This document shows, in pieces, positions 35,058 to 44,738 of a stretch of 64,000 bases of DNA (position 1 is its first letter; the number at the start of each line of letters is the position of its first letter). Made by a program: the position numbers and the translations under genes. Under the pieces are notes generated by a model, which saw only the letters and a list, made by a program, of their open reading frames with translations, searched no databases and had not been told where the DNA came from. The DNA is taken from contig JASDVF010000036.1 in NCBI GenBank assembly GCA_041440805.1, positions 75,179 to 139,178 of the forward strand. The letters run 5' to 3'. This stretch comes from Myxococcota bacterium (GTDB lineage: Bacteria; Myxococcota_A; UBA9160; UBA4427).

Positions 35058-35215
35058 GAATTTCCCCGAATGATCTCTTGGTTGCCTGCGTGTGTGCCCT
35101 AATCGGAACCTAAATGAAACGTGCCGACCCGACGGAGTGTATCCGTCTTGGATCGGCGCGTCATTTTGCCGAGGTATCGCCACCCTAGCGAGACACGCTC
35201 TAGCCCCAAGTCGAG

Positions 35216-36289
35216 CTACTGAACGGGAATAATTTGGAGCAGTGTCGGCGGAGCCGGGGGCGAGGTCGGGAGGTTCCCTACGCCCTGGAAGACCTCGAGG
35301 TCGTCCCAGAACTTGTTGCCGTCGCCGCCGGACCAGACTCCGATCGTTCCGTTTCGCGGACGACTTGCGGAGTTGTCGGTGCAGTCGATCTGCGGCGAGG
35401 CGGGCTTGGATCCGGGTTCGTCAGCGAACCAGACCTTCGCGCGGATTCGGTTATTCGCGGCGTTCTCTTCGACATCGAGCTCGAATCGGATCCAGCGCCC
35501 GGCGATGCTGCCACCGAAGCCCGTGTTGTTACTCGAGCAGGCGAGTCTAGGACGTCCCTCTAGGCGGAAGCTCTCGCCTCCACTTCGACCCAGCCGATAG
35601 TAGGCGTCTGTAGCGGGGTAGCCGCTGTAAGTCGTGATACCGATCGAGGCATCGTTGTCATCGGTCGCCATGCGTCCGCGAACTTCGATATTCGCCCAGG
35701 GGTTGCCGCCGCCGCTTACGTGGGCGTGGATGTCCAAGTCGGTCGAGTTCGTATGCAGCATGCGATTGCCGCCAAGGGTGATCGTCGAGAAGAGCGAATC
35801 ATCCTGGGAGAGAGAGAAGTCACGCTGTGTATCAAGCCAGCCGTCTACGAACGGACCGCCAGCAGATGTGCCGAAGTCCATTCGTGCGACAGCGCCAGCA
35901 GTTGGCGTAATCGAGACACCCGCGCCGACCGGAATCGTCGAAGGCGTCTCACGGGGAGGCCCCTCGAAAAGACGCGGTGCGCTCCAGTGACTGGTATCGC
36001 TTGGTCCAGTCGCACTCAGCGAGACGAGCACATCGCCCTCGACGTCGATCTCGGCGAAGTACGTCCCCGAGCCATCTTGGCTCGGAAGGCCGAGGTTCAC
36101 GGAGCGCTCTGTCGCGTTGCCAGTGGCATCCTGGACTCGGGCATCGAAGGATTGGACATCCGATCGCGAATGGGAAAAGCGAAGGACTTCTGACCGAGCC
36201 TGCGCCTCACTCGCGAGCAGGCCGAACGCGAGCAGCGCGCAGGCCGTGAAGGCACCGCGGGAAGCGAAGGAAGGGGGCGGAAGGGACAT
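35216..36289 (-). CDS. Secreted hypothetical protein with an FN3-like N-terminal module
   Basis: ORF runs to 36490; preferred start is MSLPPPSFASRGAFTACALLAFGLLASEAQA (signal peptide) at 36289. No recognised catalytic motif. Confidence 0.5.
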   Translation of the reverse strand: MSLPPPSFASRGAFTACALLAFGLLASEAQARSEVLRFSHSRSDVQSFDARVQDATGNATERSVNLGLPSQDGSGTYFAEIDVEGDVLVSLSATGPSDTSHWSAPRLFEGPPRETPSTIPVGAGVSITPTAGAVARMDFGTSAGGPFVDGWLDTQRDFSLSQDDSLFSTITLGGNRMLHTNSTDLDIHAHVSGGGNPWANIEVRGRMATDDNDASIGITTYSGYPATDAYYRLGRSGGESFRLEGRPRLACSSNNTGFGGSIAGRWIRFELDVEENAANNRIRAKVWFADEPGSKPASPQIDCTDNSASRPRNGTIGVWSGGDGNKFWDDLEVFQGVGNLPTSPPAPPTLLQIIPVQ

Positions 36290-36753
36290 GCATGGATCCT
36301 CTCGAGCGTCTTTGAGACGAGATCGGATAGAAGAATGGAGTTCACCCGCAGTGGCTCGTGTGATCAATAAAACAGTTTCGGACCGATCTTGCGAAGGCCG
36401 AGTGACTGTGGTCACAAACCCATGCCCCAGCAAAATGAATCCCGCTTTGAAGCGCGTAAAAACCGGCGATCCGCCGGAGTTTTGGTTCAAACCTCAACCA
36501 CGCTGAGCGCGTCGTGACCCTAGGCTTCTTCCGTGCGGAGATGGACGGTAGCATCTGCGCGCTTTCGCTAGCTCGGCCGGCACGCTTGCTACGTGCCTGC
36601 TGTCTTCTTGCTGCGTGCCGCTGAATCGCGGGCCTTCGTCGCCATCAGTGGTACGATCCGGCGCCCTGCGAGCCCCGTCTGGAGCACGCGGCTTCGAGCG
36701 GTGCCAGGGGCGCCGCTTTCCCCCTAATTGCTTCATGAAGGATCTTTCAAGCG

Positions 36754-37794
36754 ATGAGCCAAAAGGTCGCGGTTATTTCCGGTATCACGGGCCAAGATGG
36801 CTCGTACCTCGCCGAGCTTCTCATCGAGAAGGGCTACGACGTTCACGGCATTGCTCGCCGAACCTCTATGTTCAATCGGGGTCGGATCGAAGACGCGCGT
36901 GACGAAGCCGTCGCTGCGGGCAAGGTCTATGAGCTGCACTACGGCGACATGGGCGACTCGAGCAGCCTGAACCGCATTCTTGCCGAGACGCGACCGACAG
37001 AGGTCTATAACCTCGCGGCCCAGTCCCATGTGGCGGTCTCTTTTCAGCAACCGGAGTACACGGGCGACGTCGATGCGACGGGCGTCCTACGCCTGCTCGA
37101 AAGCATCCGCGTGAATGCCCTCGACGCGCGCTTCTATCAGGCCTCGACGTCGGAGCTCTACGGCGAAGTCGTCGAAACTCCGCAGACCGAGACGACGCCA
37201 TTCCATCCACGTTCGCCCTACGCCGTTGCGAAACTCTATGGCTACTGGATCGTCCGCAACTACCGCGAGTCCTACGGGATGCACGCGAGCAACGGCATCC
37301 TTTTTAACCACGAATCCGAGCGCCGCGGTGAGAACTTCGTCACGCGAAAAATCACGTTAGGCCTAGCAGCCGTGAAGCATGGAACGAGGGATCGGCTCTC
37401 TCTCGGCAACCTCGACGCGAAACGCGATTGGGGACATGCGCGGGATTATGTCGAGGCTATGTGGCTCATGATGCAGCAGGACGAGCCGGATGACTATGTG
37501 ATCGCGACCGGGGAAACCCATTCCGTACGTGAATTCGTTGTTGCAGCGGCTGCGGCGGCTGGAATCGAAATCGAATGGAGCGGCGAAGGCACGGACGAAG
37601 TCGGGCGCGATAGGGCGACGGGCCAAGTCGTGGTCGATGTCGATCCGCGCTTTTACCGGCCCGCCGAAGTGGAGCTTCTGCTTGGGGATCCCAGCAAGGC
37701 GAAGGTGAAGCTCGGCTGGGAGCCGAAGATCAGCTTCGAGGCGCTCGCTGAGATCATGATGAACGCCGATCTCGCTTTGATCGAGGGTCGCTAG
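36754..37794 (+). CDS. gmd: GDP-mannose 4,6-dehydratase
   Basis: 346 aa. [25 protein letters not shown] Rossmann start, [10 protein letters not shown] (YxxxK), and [17 protein letters not shown]. Confidence 0.92.
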   Translation: MSQKVAVISGITGQDGSYLAELLIEKGYDVHGIARRTSMFNRGRIEDARDEAVAAGKVYELHYGDMGDSSSLNRILAETRPTEVYNLAAQSHVAVSFQQPEYTGDVDATGVLRLLESIRVNALDARFYQASTSELYGEVVETPQTETTPFHPRSPYAVAKLYGYWIVRNYRESYGMHASNGILFNHESERRGENFVTRKITLGLAAVKHGTRDRLSLGNLDAKRDWGHARDYVEAMWLMMQQDEPDDYVIATGETHSVREFVVAAAAAAGIEIEWSGEGTDEVGRDRATGQVVVDVDPRFYRPAEVELLLGDPSKAKVKLGWEPKISFEALAEIMMNADLALIEGR

Positions 37795-37890
37795 GCCCGT
37801 CCAGTTCAGTCGATTCGGCTAACGCAGGGGACAGTGGTCGCTGGCACTTCGCATTGATTCGTTTTCCGGAAGCGACGTCTTCAGGACGTC

Positions 37891-39211
37891 TTGCGCGAAG
37901 CGTGCGCTCGCGAGCGGCCATTCTGCAGGGATGCGAACTGCTCCTCGTTCTATCACGCGCCGCACTTCATCGAGCCCTTCGCGCGTCCGGGCCTAGATGA
38001 CATCACCGGAGACGGCGTCGCCGAATTGATTCTGGCGCGCCAAAATTTGACTCCGGATCCGTCGAAAAATGGTGCTGGCGCCGTCACGATTGTTATCGGT
38101 GGTGCAGCTGTCGCGACTCAGGCGGCTTCGCTTTTGCGGATCGCTCCCGCGAATCTCTTGATCGGCACGGATCAGGAGAACTCGGGTGGCGAAGGGCATA
38201 GCGGCGCGGTCTCTCTAGTTCGTGGCGACGTGCATCTGCTGTCCGGTGGATTGGTAGATTTATGAGATATTTTGGAAGCTTTGCCCGGAAACCTCGCCCA
38301 AGTTCTACCGCCCACATCGGGCTCAGTTGAGTTTTCTCTCGGGGGTACGTGCCAGCTCGCGGATCTCGACGGGAATGGCCGTGCGGAAGTGATTACCGCC
38401 GCGACGCTCGAGCGCGCCGGAGCGTCCTTGCGAGCGAAAGGTGCACCGACGGGGGGCGGCGCATAGCGCGAGTGGCGCCCAAGATGGCCGCGTCTACATC
38501 GCTTGGGGCGATAACTTTGCTGGCGTCTGGCCTGCCGGCGTCAGCTTCGCTTTGGATGTGGTGCCCGGGGCGACCAGCGAAAATCAGGGCGCGGCGGCCG
38601 ATATCGCTTTCGGTGAAGAACTCTTAGGCGGGACGGACTTCGATGATGATGGGAGTGCCGATCTCTTTATCGGCGACATTATCGCCGACCTAACAGGCAC
38701 GGGTTTTCACGCCGGCAGTGGTCACGTGATCTACAACGCCGCATCGATCCGGAACGCGCCGGCCTTCACAATTGACGCGCCGCCGATGGGACTCGTGACC
38801 ACGACGTTCCTGGGTTCTTGGCGCGGCGATATTGCTTCAGATACCGGGCTACTAGGCTACTTAGATGGCGACGGATTACCCAATCTCGCATTCAGCTCGC
38901 CGCATGGCAGTCCCCATAACCGCGTTGAAGCGGGGCGAATCCATATTATTCACGGGCAGTCGGGGCCGTGGTCTTCGACGATCAACTTGCGCTGGGGATT
39001 GCAGCCGGACGCGATGGACGTTCGGATCTCCGAGGTGCACGGCGTGAAGGCCCTCGACGTGCTCTGTTACAGCGCAGGCGCGGGGGACTACGACGGCGAC
39101 GGGATTGACGATCTGATCGTGAACGAGATGCTCGGAGACGGGGTGTCACCAGAGACCGCAAATACGGGCAACGTGATCTTGATTAGTGGGGCGCTGATTC
39201 AGGCGCTCTGA
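37891..39211 (+). pseudogene. FG-GAP/VCBS-repeat protein gene broken into three ORFs
   Basis: ORFs 37891-38265 and 38272-38466 are in the same frame, separated by a TGA at 38263-38265. ORF 38441-39211 is in another frame. All three carry D-x-D/N-G-D/N-G repeats (DITGDGVAELI, DLDGNGRAEVI, DFDDDGSADLFIGD, YLDGDGLPNLAF, DYDGDGIDDLIV). No signal peptide at the 5' end. Confidence 0.55.
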
Positions 39212-39273
39212 CGAATCCCAGGTTCGGTTGCATGCCGGATGTGCGGGCTTAGGAACTGCGGCTCAGTCCGAAT

Positions 39274-40536
39274 TCACGCGTAACGCGTGGGAGCCTCTCC
39301 GTCTGCCGCTCCACCTGTCTTGGCGCCACCGCGCGCCTTCGTGACGGCTTCTGTTAGGTCCGATAGATAGTCGTCTGCGACTTCTTCGTGGGAGGGCGAG
39401 AGCATGAGGTGGATGCCATTAGGTTCGGCCACGACGCCACTGAACCAGCCACGGCTATGCAGATGGGCCCAGACTCCGTAGATCGGAAGGTCATCTCCGT
39501 CGGCGGCACCGAAGGCGATGAGTCCGAGATGGGGGTCACCGAAGACCTGCAGGCCTAACGCTTCGACACCGGCTGCGATCTTCGTGCGTGCATTGATAAT
39601 GCTGCGGGTCTTTGCGCGGTATCCGTCGACGCCCAGGTAGTGCATGACGGCCCAGGCTGAGGCGATTGCACCGCCCGGGCGGGTGCCTGCCACAGTCGGC
39701 GTCGTCATGGCTCCAGCGGGCCAGTTGTCCGCCGAGAAGCTCTGGTGCGCGTACTGCTCTTGCGTACGGTGAAGGACCGTAGAGGCACCTTTGGCCGCGT
39801 AGCCGTATTTGTGGAGATCGGCGGAGATTGTGCGGACGCCTTCGATGCGGAAATCCCAGGGCGGGAGCTCGACGCCTTCCAGTTCGGCAAAGGGGTTCAG
39901 GTAACCACCGACGCAGGCGTCTACGTGGAGCCAAGTGTCCGTTTCCACCGCGAGGTCGCCGAGCGCCGGGATTGGATCGACGAGGCCGTAGGGGAAGCAG
40001 GGCGCAGAGCCGACGAGCATGATTGTCCGTTCGTCCATGGCCTCCCGCATAGCGGAGACGTCCGCCGTGAAGTCCTTGTCGACGGGGACGCGGCGGATCT
40101 CGAGGCCGAGATAATGGGTGGCCTTGTCGAAGGCCAAATGCGCGGTGCGCGGGACGACGATATTCGCGCCATGGACATCCATGCCACGCGAAGCGGCTTC
40201 ATCGCGGCAGGATTTCACGGCGAGCATGATGCTCTCCGTGCCGCCGGAGGTCATGTTCCCCGTGCCGGACTCGGGGCCATTCATGAGGTCGATCGCCATG
40301 GCGATGACCTCGGTTTCCATTTTCCTAAGGCTTGGGAAGGCCGCGAGGCCTAACGCGTTCTCTGATTGGTAGAGAGCGTAAGCATCCTTGGCGACCTTCA
40401 GAACATCATCGCCGGGGTGAAAGACATAGACGGCGCTCTTCTTATTGCGCCAATCAATGTCATTCGCCCCGAGCCCGACCAGGCGCTCGCGGAGCGCATC
40501 CCAAGGTTCTCCAGCTTTAGGGAGTTGCTTGCTCAT
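39274..40536 (-). CDS. PLP-dependent group II decarboxylase-fold enzyme, sphingosine-1-phosphate-lyase-like
   Basis: 420 aa. Motifs are GGTESIMLAVKSCRD, HVDACVGGYLNPF and the PLP-lysine motif SADLHKYGYAAKG. Confidence 0.7.
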   Translation of the reverse strand: MSKQLPKAGEPWDALRERLVGLGANDIDWRNKKSAVYVFHPGDDVLKVAKDAYALYQSENALGLAAFPSLRKMETEVIAMAIDLMNGPESGTGNMTSGGTESIMLAVKSCRDEAASRGMDVHGANIVVPRTAHLAFDKATHYLGLEIRRVPVDKDFTADVSAMREAMDERTIMLVGSAPCFPYGLVDPIPALGDLAVETDTWLHVDACVGGYLNPFAELEGVELPPWDFRIEGVRTISADLHKYGYAAKGASTVLHRTQEQYAHQSFSADNWPAGAMTTPTVAGTRPGGAIASAWAVMHYLGVDGYRAKTRSIINARTKIAAGVEALGLQVFGDPHLGLIAFGAADGDDLPIYGVWAHLHSRGWFSGVVAEPNGIHLMLSPSHEEVADDYLSDLTEAVTKARGGAKTGGAADGEAPTRYA

Positions 40537-40616
40537 GCCCGTGGCCTCAGTGAGTAGGGTGAAGGTGCTTATTGTGGAGCTAACGCTTCGACTAACACAA
40601 TGCCTGAAGCAGGAGC

Positions 40617-41777
40617 CTACGGGATCAGGCTCTTGACCGACGCCGGCATGTCCTGGGCGACCCGAACGATCGGGATCCCCGTCTGAACAGCCTGATCCAT
40701 CTCGACGACGGCCCGCGGCAGATCTTCGAAGGCGTAGATCTCGTGATGGATCGTCGGTTTGAAGACGCTGCCGTAGAGCTCGGTTGCCGCTTCGATGCCT
40801 GTGGGCGTTTCGTAGTGCGTGTGGTCAAGCGTGATCTGCTTGGCCGAAGCGCCCGCCGAGTTGTACGTAACGTGGGTGCCGAGCTGCCAGCCGGCGGACA
40901 CGTTCACGCCCATGCGTGCAGCCGCCATGATGCCGGCGTCGAAGCAGGGCCCGCGGAGCAGGTCGCATACGATGTGCATGCCAGTTCCGCCGGTCAGCTT
41001 CTTTACTTCTCGGCCGAAGCCCTTCATGTCATCTCGGGTCGCGAAGCGGTTGTAGGCCTTCTGGTCGATGCCGATGATGCCCTGCTTTTCAAGAGCGGCG
41101 CGGCGTTCTGGCGAACCGGAGCAGAAGAACGCGTTATGTCCGCGATGCTTGGCGAGCATGAGGAAGAGTTCGCTCACGCCGCCGCCGAACGCGAGTACGT
41201 TCAAGGTGGAGAGTTTTTCGTTCGGTAGCTTGACGCGCAAGATGCCTTCGGCACGTCGCCACATGTGATAGGCGGTCGGCGCGCGCAGGGGCAGCGCCGC
41301 GATTTCCCAGAGATTCAGGCCGCAGTCGAGGGGCGCCTGCACGAGTTGCCAATCGCCTACGACGCATTCCTCGGCGTACCAGCCGACCGAGTCGGGCTGG
41401 TCGTATGCCCAGATGCGGAGCGGGTAGCCGTATTCGTCGGGCTCGCCGTTGCAGTGGGTGATGACGATGTCGCCGACCTTGAACTTGGTGACTTCGCCAC
41501 CGACTTCCGTCACTTCGCCTACGGCGGAGTTTCCGGGATAGATCTTGCCACCGCGGAGGTCCGCGATGTTGACCGTATCCGCCGTCGCGGCATGGGTCAG
41601 GTTGTGTTCCGCGGAGACGGCGAGGGTGCGGAACTTTACGTCCCGGGGGCCGACGTCTGGGAGGGTAAGTTCGTCGAGTGAGATCACGTTGGCGATATTG
41701 ATGGAGTGGACATCATCGTTTACGCGAGCGCGTTCGGTCGCGATGGCGTCGGCGGTGATGGCAAAAGCGCGGGTCAT
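40617..41777 (-). CDS. Medium-chain dehydrogenase/reductase (MDR) family oxidoreductase
   Basis: 386 aa. GroES-like N-domain (GNSAVGEVTEVGGEVTKFKVGDIV) and a Rossmann segment VLAFGGGVSELF. No obvious structural-zinc Cys cluster. Confidence 0.65.
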   Translation of the reverse strand: MTRAFAITADAIATERARVNDDVHSINIANVISLDELTLPDVGPRDVKFRTLAVSAEHNLTHAATADTVNIADLRGGKIYPGNSAVGEVTEVGGEVTKFKVGDIVITHCNGEPDEYGYPLRIWAYDQPDSVGWYAEECVVGDWQLVQAPLDCGLNLWEIAALPLRAPTAYHMWRRAEGILRVKLPNEKLSTLNVLAFGGGVSELFLMLAKHRGHNAFFCSGSPERRAALEKQGIIGIDQKAYNRFATRDDMKGFGREVKKLTGGTGMHIVCDLLRGPCFDAGIMAAARMGVNVSAGWQLGTHVTYNSAGASAKQITLDHTHYETPTGIEAATELYGSVFKPTIHHEIYAFEDLPRAVVEMDQAVQTGIPIVRVAQDMPASVKSLIP

Positions 41778-42129
41778 CTGGTCTTCCTCTTCTGCAGCTC
41801 AACTGAGCGGTGGCAAGCTGGACAGTGTTCTGTGCTGATCGTGAACCCGCACAAGCGAGCGTCGCGTCGCAGACCCAACCCGGCGTGGCCGGTGGGCGCG
41901 CGAGGATAGCTGGCGGCTCTTGAATGCGCCGCGGCACGGGAATCGGCAGCGATGACGCAGGTTCAGCCAGCTTTTTACCCATGATGGGCGAATCCTTGCC
42001 GTCGCGATCGTGACCATGATCTGTTGGGCCACACGTTCGAGCTGTGGCGTGGCTCGGGCTGGTACCGCGCTTGCAATAGATAAGAGTGGGAATGGGGGTG
42101 TTGTTTTGAAGCCGAGGGATTGGCGGAAA

Positions 42130-42900
42130 ATGATGCTCAAGCGAATTACAAACGGACTCTTCAGCATCGCCTTGGGACTGGGACTCTTGGGAGTCGTCCC
42201 GGTGAGCGCCGAGCCGCTAGACGTAAATGACCCTACGCCGAGATGGATCGAAGTTCGCTTCGAGATCTCGCCCGAGGAAGAGCCTGGCAGCCTGGACCGG
42301 CACTGGAGCGCGCCCCGACGCGCCCGGGTCGAACTCGGCTCCTCGGCCGCCGTCCTGCGCATCGAAATCCCCGCCGTCGAAATCGAAGCCCAGTTCCGGT
42401 CCACGGGGGCTGACACGATCCCCGGCAGCTTTACCAAGTTCATTTGGGTGTTGGACCCCGTCACGGGCCATGTCCTCGCGGCGGAGGTGAGCGGCGAAGT
42501 GCGCGAAGAACTCAGCCTGGGACCGTTTCGTGCCTACGCCCAGGTGGAAATCTCCGTCGAAATGAACACCGCTCGAGTCGTCGGGTACCTACCGAACCAA
42601 GGAATCTTTGGGGTGAAGACCAATCGACTCTGTAAACCCGGAATTGATGAGGGCCAATGCGTGGCCGTAGCCCCGATTCGCTTCGATCCGACCCGCGGAT
42701 ACGTGAATGCGGTCGGAATGGTGCGTGCGGCGAGTCCCTTGGCAGAAATTCGGGCATTTTCGCCCCTCGGCGAGGTCGAATTCAGCGAGCGACCCAATTG
42801 GATCCCGGACGAAGTTGTTTCAGGCCCTTCGCGACGTGAAGCGTTATGCTCCCAGACGTTCGAACGGTCGTGTCCGGCCGATCTCGGGGGGGAATTATGA
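42130..42900 (+). CDS. Secreted hypothetical protein
   Basis: ORF starts at 42010; preferred start is MMLKRITNGLFSIALGLGLLGVVPVSA (signal peptide) at 42130. The stop overlaps the next start (ATGA at 42897-42900). Confidence 0.5.
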   Translation: MMLKRITNGLFSIALGLGLLGVVPVSAEPLDVNDPTPRWIEVRFEISPEEEPGSLDRHWSAPRRARVELGSSAAVLRIEIPAVEIEAQFRSTGADTIPGSFTKFIWVLDPVTGHVLAAEVSGEVREELSLGPFRAYAQVEISVEMNTARVVGYLPNQGIFGVKTNRLCKPGIDEGQCVAVAPIRFDPTRGYVNAVGMVRAASPLAEIRAFSPLGEVEFSERPNWIPDEVVSGPSRREALCSQTFERSCPADLGGEL

Positions 42901-43304
42901 ACATCGACCTAGGCCAGTCCACGTCGCGCCGAATCGCGCACTCGGGCCGCGTCCTTGTTTCTATCTGTGCAGTCCTGCTCTTCTTGGCGGCGAGCGTCGT
43001 CCAAGCCCAAGAGCGCGCACACCAAATCACGTGGTCGCATGCGTTTCCGTCTGATGTGCGGAACTTCGTTGTGCTGATTTCGCCGGAAGAGGGCAACGCC
43101 AGCCTCGCGCGCGAAGTAGACGTCGGAAAGCCGACCGGAACGGATGTTGGGGCGAGCAGCCTCTACACTGCGCTCGTAGGCTTCAGCCCCAACGAATTTC
43201 TCGCCGTGGCTGCTGTCGGGCATGACGAGCAGATGAGCTTGCCCTCGGGCTGGGGTGCGATGCCGCCGACGCGTCCTGGGCAGCCTAACTTGATCGGGCA
43301 ATAA
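42897..43304 (+). CDS. Small secreted FN3-like protein
   Basis: 135 aa counted from MNIDLG. Signal/TM segment VLVSICAVLLFLAASVVQA. The pattern ITWSH..PSDVRNF...VDVG...LYTALVGFSPNEFLAVAAVGHDEQMSLPS resembles bacterial FN3 modules. Confidence 0.5.
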   Translation: MNIDLGQSTSRRIAHSGRVLVSICAVLLFLAASVVQAQERAHQITWSHAFPSDVRNFVVLISPEEGNASLAREVDVGKPTGTDVGASSLYTALVGFSPNEFLAVAAVGHDEQMSLPSGWGAMPPTRPGQPNLIGQ

Positions 43305-43339
43305 CATCCGCGTTTCGCGGATGAGCGCCTAAGCGCAGG

Positions 43340-44218
43340 ATGTCCATCAATACGCCTAGCATGGCTGCTGCGAAAGCGTCGGTACGAGAGGAATCGCCTA
43401 TCGGTTCCTCTGTGGTTTCTCTTATCGCTTCTCTCGTCGCTTCTCTCGTCTTTTGTTTGCCGGGTTTTCAGTCACGTAATCGATCCGTTAGGCGGAGGCG
43501 TTGGCTTACACTTGCGCTTGCGCTCGTCTTGATTGCCGTTCTGCCGAGTTGTGGAGGGCGACGTCCGGGGGGGCCCGGCGTCATTCATCATGTAGAGAAG
43601 GGCGAAAATCTCTACCGCATAGGTCTTCGCTACAAGGTGCCCGCGAAAGAGATCGCAAAGGCGAACGGCATCCGGGACGTTACGCAGCTTCGCCCCGGCC
43701 AACGGCTATATATCCCCGGCGCCCGCAAGCGGCTTCAGGCGAGCGCACGCGCTGCAATCCGTGGCGACTCGCCGGGCCGTCCGAGCGGCGATAGCAAAGA
43801 GGCTCGGCGCCGCGCCCGCGAGACCGCGCGCATCCAAACCTCCCTCCGATTCGCATGGCCCGTGCGCGGACGTTTGAGCTCGCGCTTTGGCATGCGTGGA
43901 GGTAAGCCGCATGAAGGGTTGGACATTGCGGCCAAGCGAGGCACGCCGATCTTCGCGGCGGAGTCAGGCCGGGTGATTCAGAGCGGCCGCATGAGCGGCT
44001 ACGGCAAGGTTGTCGTGGTTAAGCATTCGGGCCGCTTCCGAACGCTTTACGCTCACGCGAGCAAGCTGCTCGTGCGGAAGGGCGAGTTCGTGGAGCGTGG
44101 GCAGAAGATTGCCGAGGTGGGCACGACCGGGCGATCGACGGGGCCGCATCTGCACTTCGAAATCCGGCGGGCAGAGACGCCGCAGAACCCGATTTCGTAT
44201 TTGCCTAAGCGTGGGTAG
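43340..44218 (+). CDS. LysM-domain M23 family metallopeptidase lipoprotein (NlpD-like)
   Basis: Lipobox LPSCGG. LysM motif HHVEKGENLYRIGLRYKVPAKEIAKANGI. M23 motifs HEGLDIAA and GPHLHFEIR. The true start is uncertain because the first M leaves a long leader. Confidence 0.85.
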   Translation: MSINTPSMAAAKASVREESPIGSSVVSLIASLVASLVFCLPGFQSRNRSVRRRRWLTLALALVLIAVLPSCGGRRPGGPGVIHHVEKGENLYRIGLRYKVPAKEIAKANGIRDVTQLRPGQRLYIPGARKRLQASARAAIRGDSPGRPSGDSKEARRRARETARIQTSLRFAWPVRGRLSSRFGMRGGKPHEGLDIAAKRGTPIFAAESGRVIQSGRMSGYGKVVVVKHSGRFRTLYAHASKLLVRKGEFVERGQKIAEVGTTGRSTGPHLHFEIRRAETPQNPISYLPKRG

Positions 44219-44468
44219 GTAAGGCTTGTTGCTCGATGGATCGGTGGTTGACTGGTTGATGGCTCGATCAGAGAAGATTTAGCGGGCACTGGCGTCGAGT
44301 GGGACCGCTGGGCGTTAGCGCTGGGCGAGTCTGCCAGGCGGTTGGCGAACCAAGGCTCGCGATTAGGGTGGCCGTCGAGGGAGCACGCCGGCGTGCTCTG
44401 CTACTGTTACATCCGTGTTGATTTTGCGCGGCCTTTACGGCCAGCGCGACAACCGCAGCCCATCCCGC

Positions 44469-44544
44469 GCCCCCGTAGCTCAGAGGATAGAGCATCGGTT
44501 TCCTAAACCGTGTGTCGCAGGTTCGAGTCCTGCCGGGGGCGCCA
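44469..44544 (+). tRNA. tRNA-Arg (anticodon CCT)
   Basis: Manual cloverleaf. Acceptor GCCCCCG/CGGGGGC, D arm GCTC-AGAGGATA-GAGC, anticodon loop TTCCTAA, T arm GCAGG-TTCGAGT-CCTGC, discriminator G, encoded CCA. One T-T mismatch at the top of the anticodon stem. Confidence 0.9.
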
Positions 44545-44738
44545 GGAAGGTCCGTGGAATCAGGGGCTTGGGACGGAGCGGTCGATCGCCCGCGAGGCTC
44601 AGGGGCTTCGTCGGTGCTTCCTAAAGCGGGTTCCGCTCGCCGGTTGGTACTCGAATCTGGTGTTGTCGCCGATTTAACGGGAGCTCACTCTAAGCCGGAG
44701 CGGACGCAACCCGAGCTGACAAGGTCTTGTGGCTCATA

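Noticed and set aside
37860-37890. GACGTC-TTCAG-GACGTC hairpin after gmd as an intrinsic terminator
   Set aside because: The stem is only 6 bp, built from a self-complementary hexamer, with no U-tract. The evidence is too weak.
38263-38265. In-frame TGA in the FG-GAP gene as possible selenocysteine or read-through recoding
   Set aside because: The gene also carries a frameshift and lacks an N-terminal signal. No SECIS-like hairpin is evident downstream and there is no redox context. A pseudogene is the simpler explanation.
43427-43450. Perfect 12-bp tandem duplication (gcttctctcgtc x2, ASLV-ASLV) in the 5' part of the M23 peptidase ORF
   Set aside because: There are only two copies, in frame. 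They probably lie upstream of the real signal peptide and start. This is a likely slippage event with no interpretable function.
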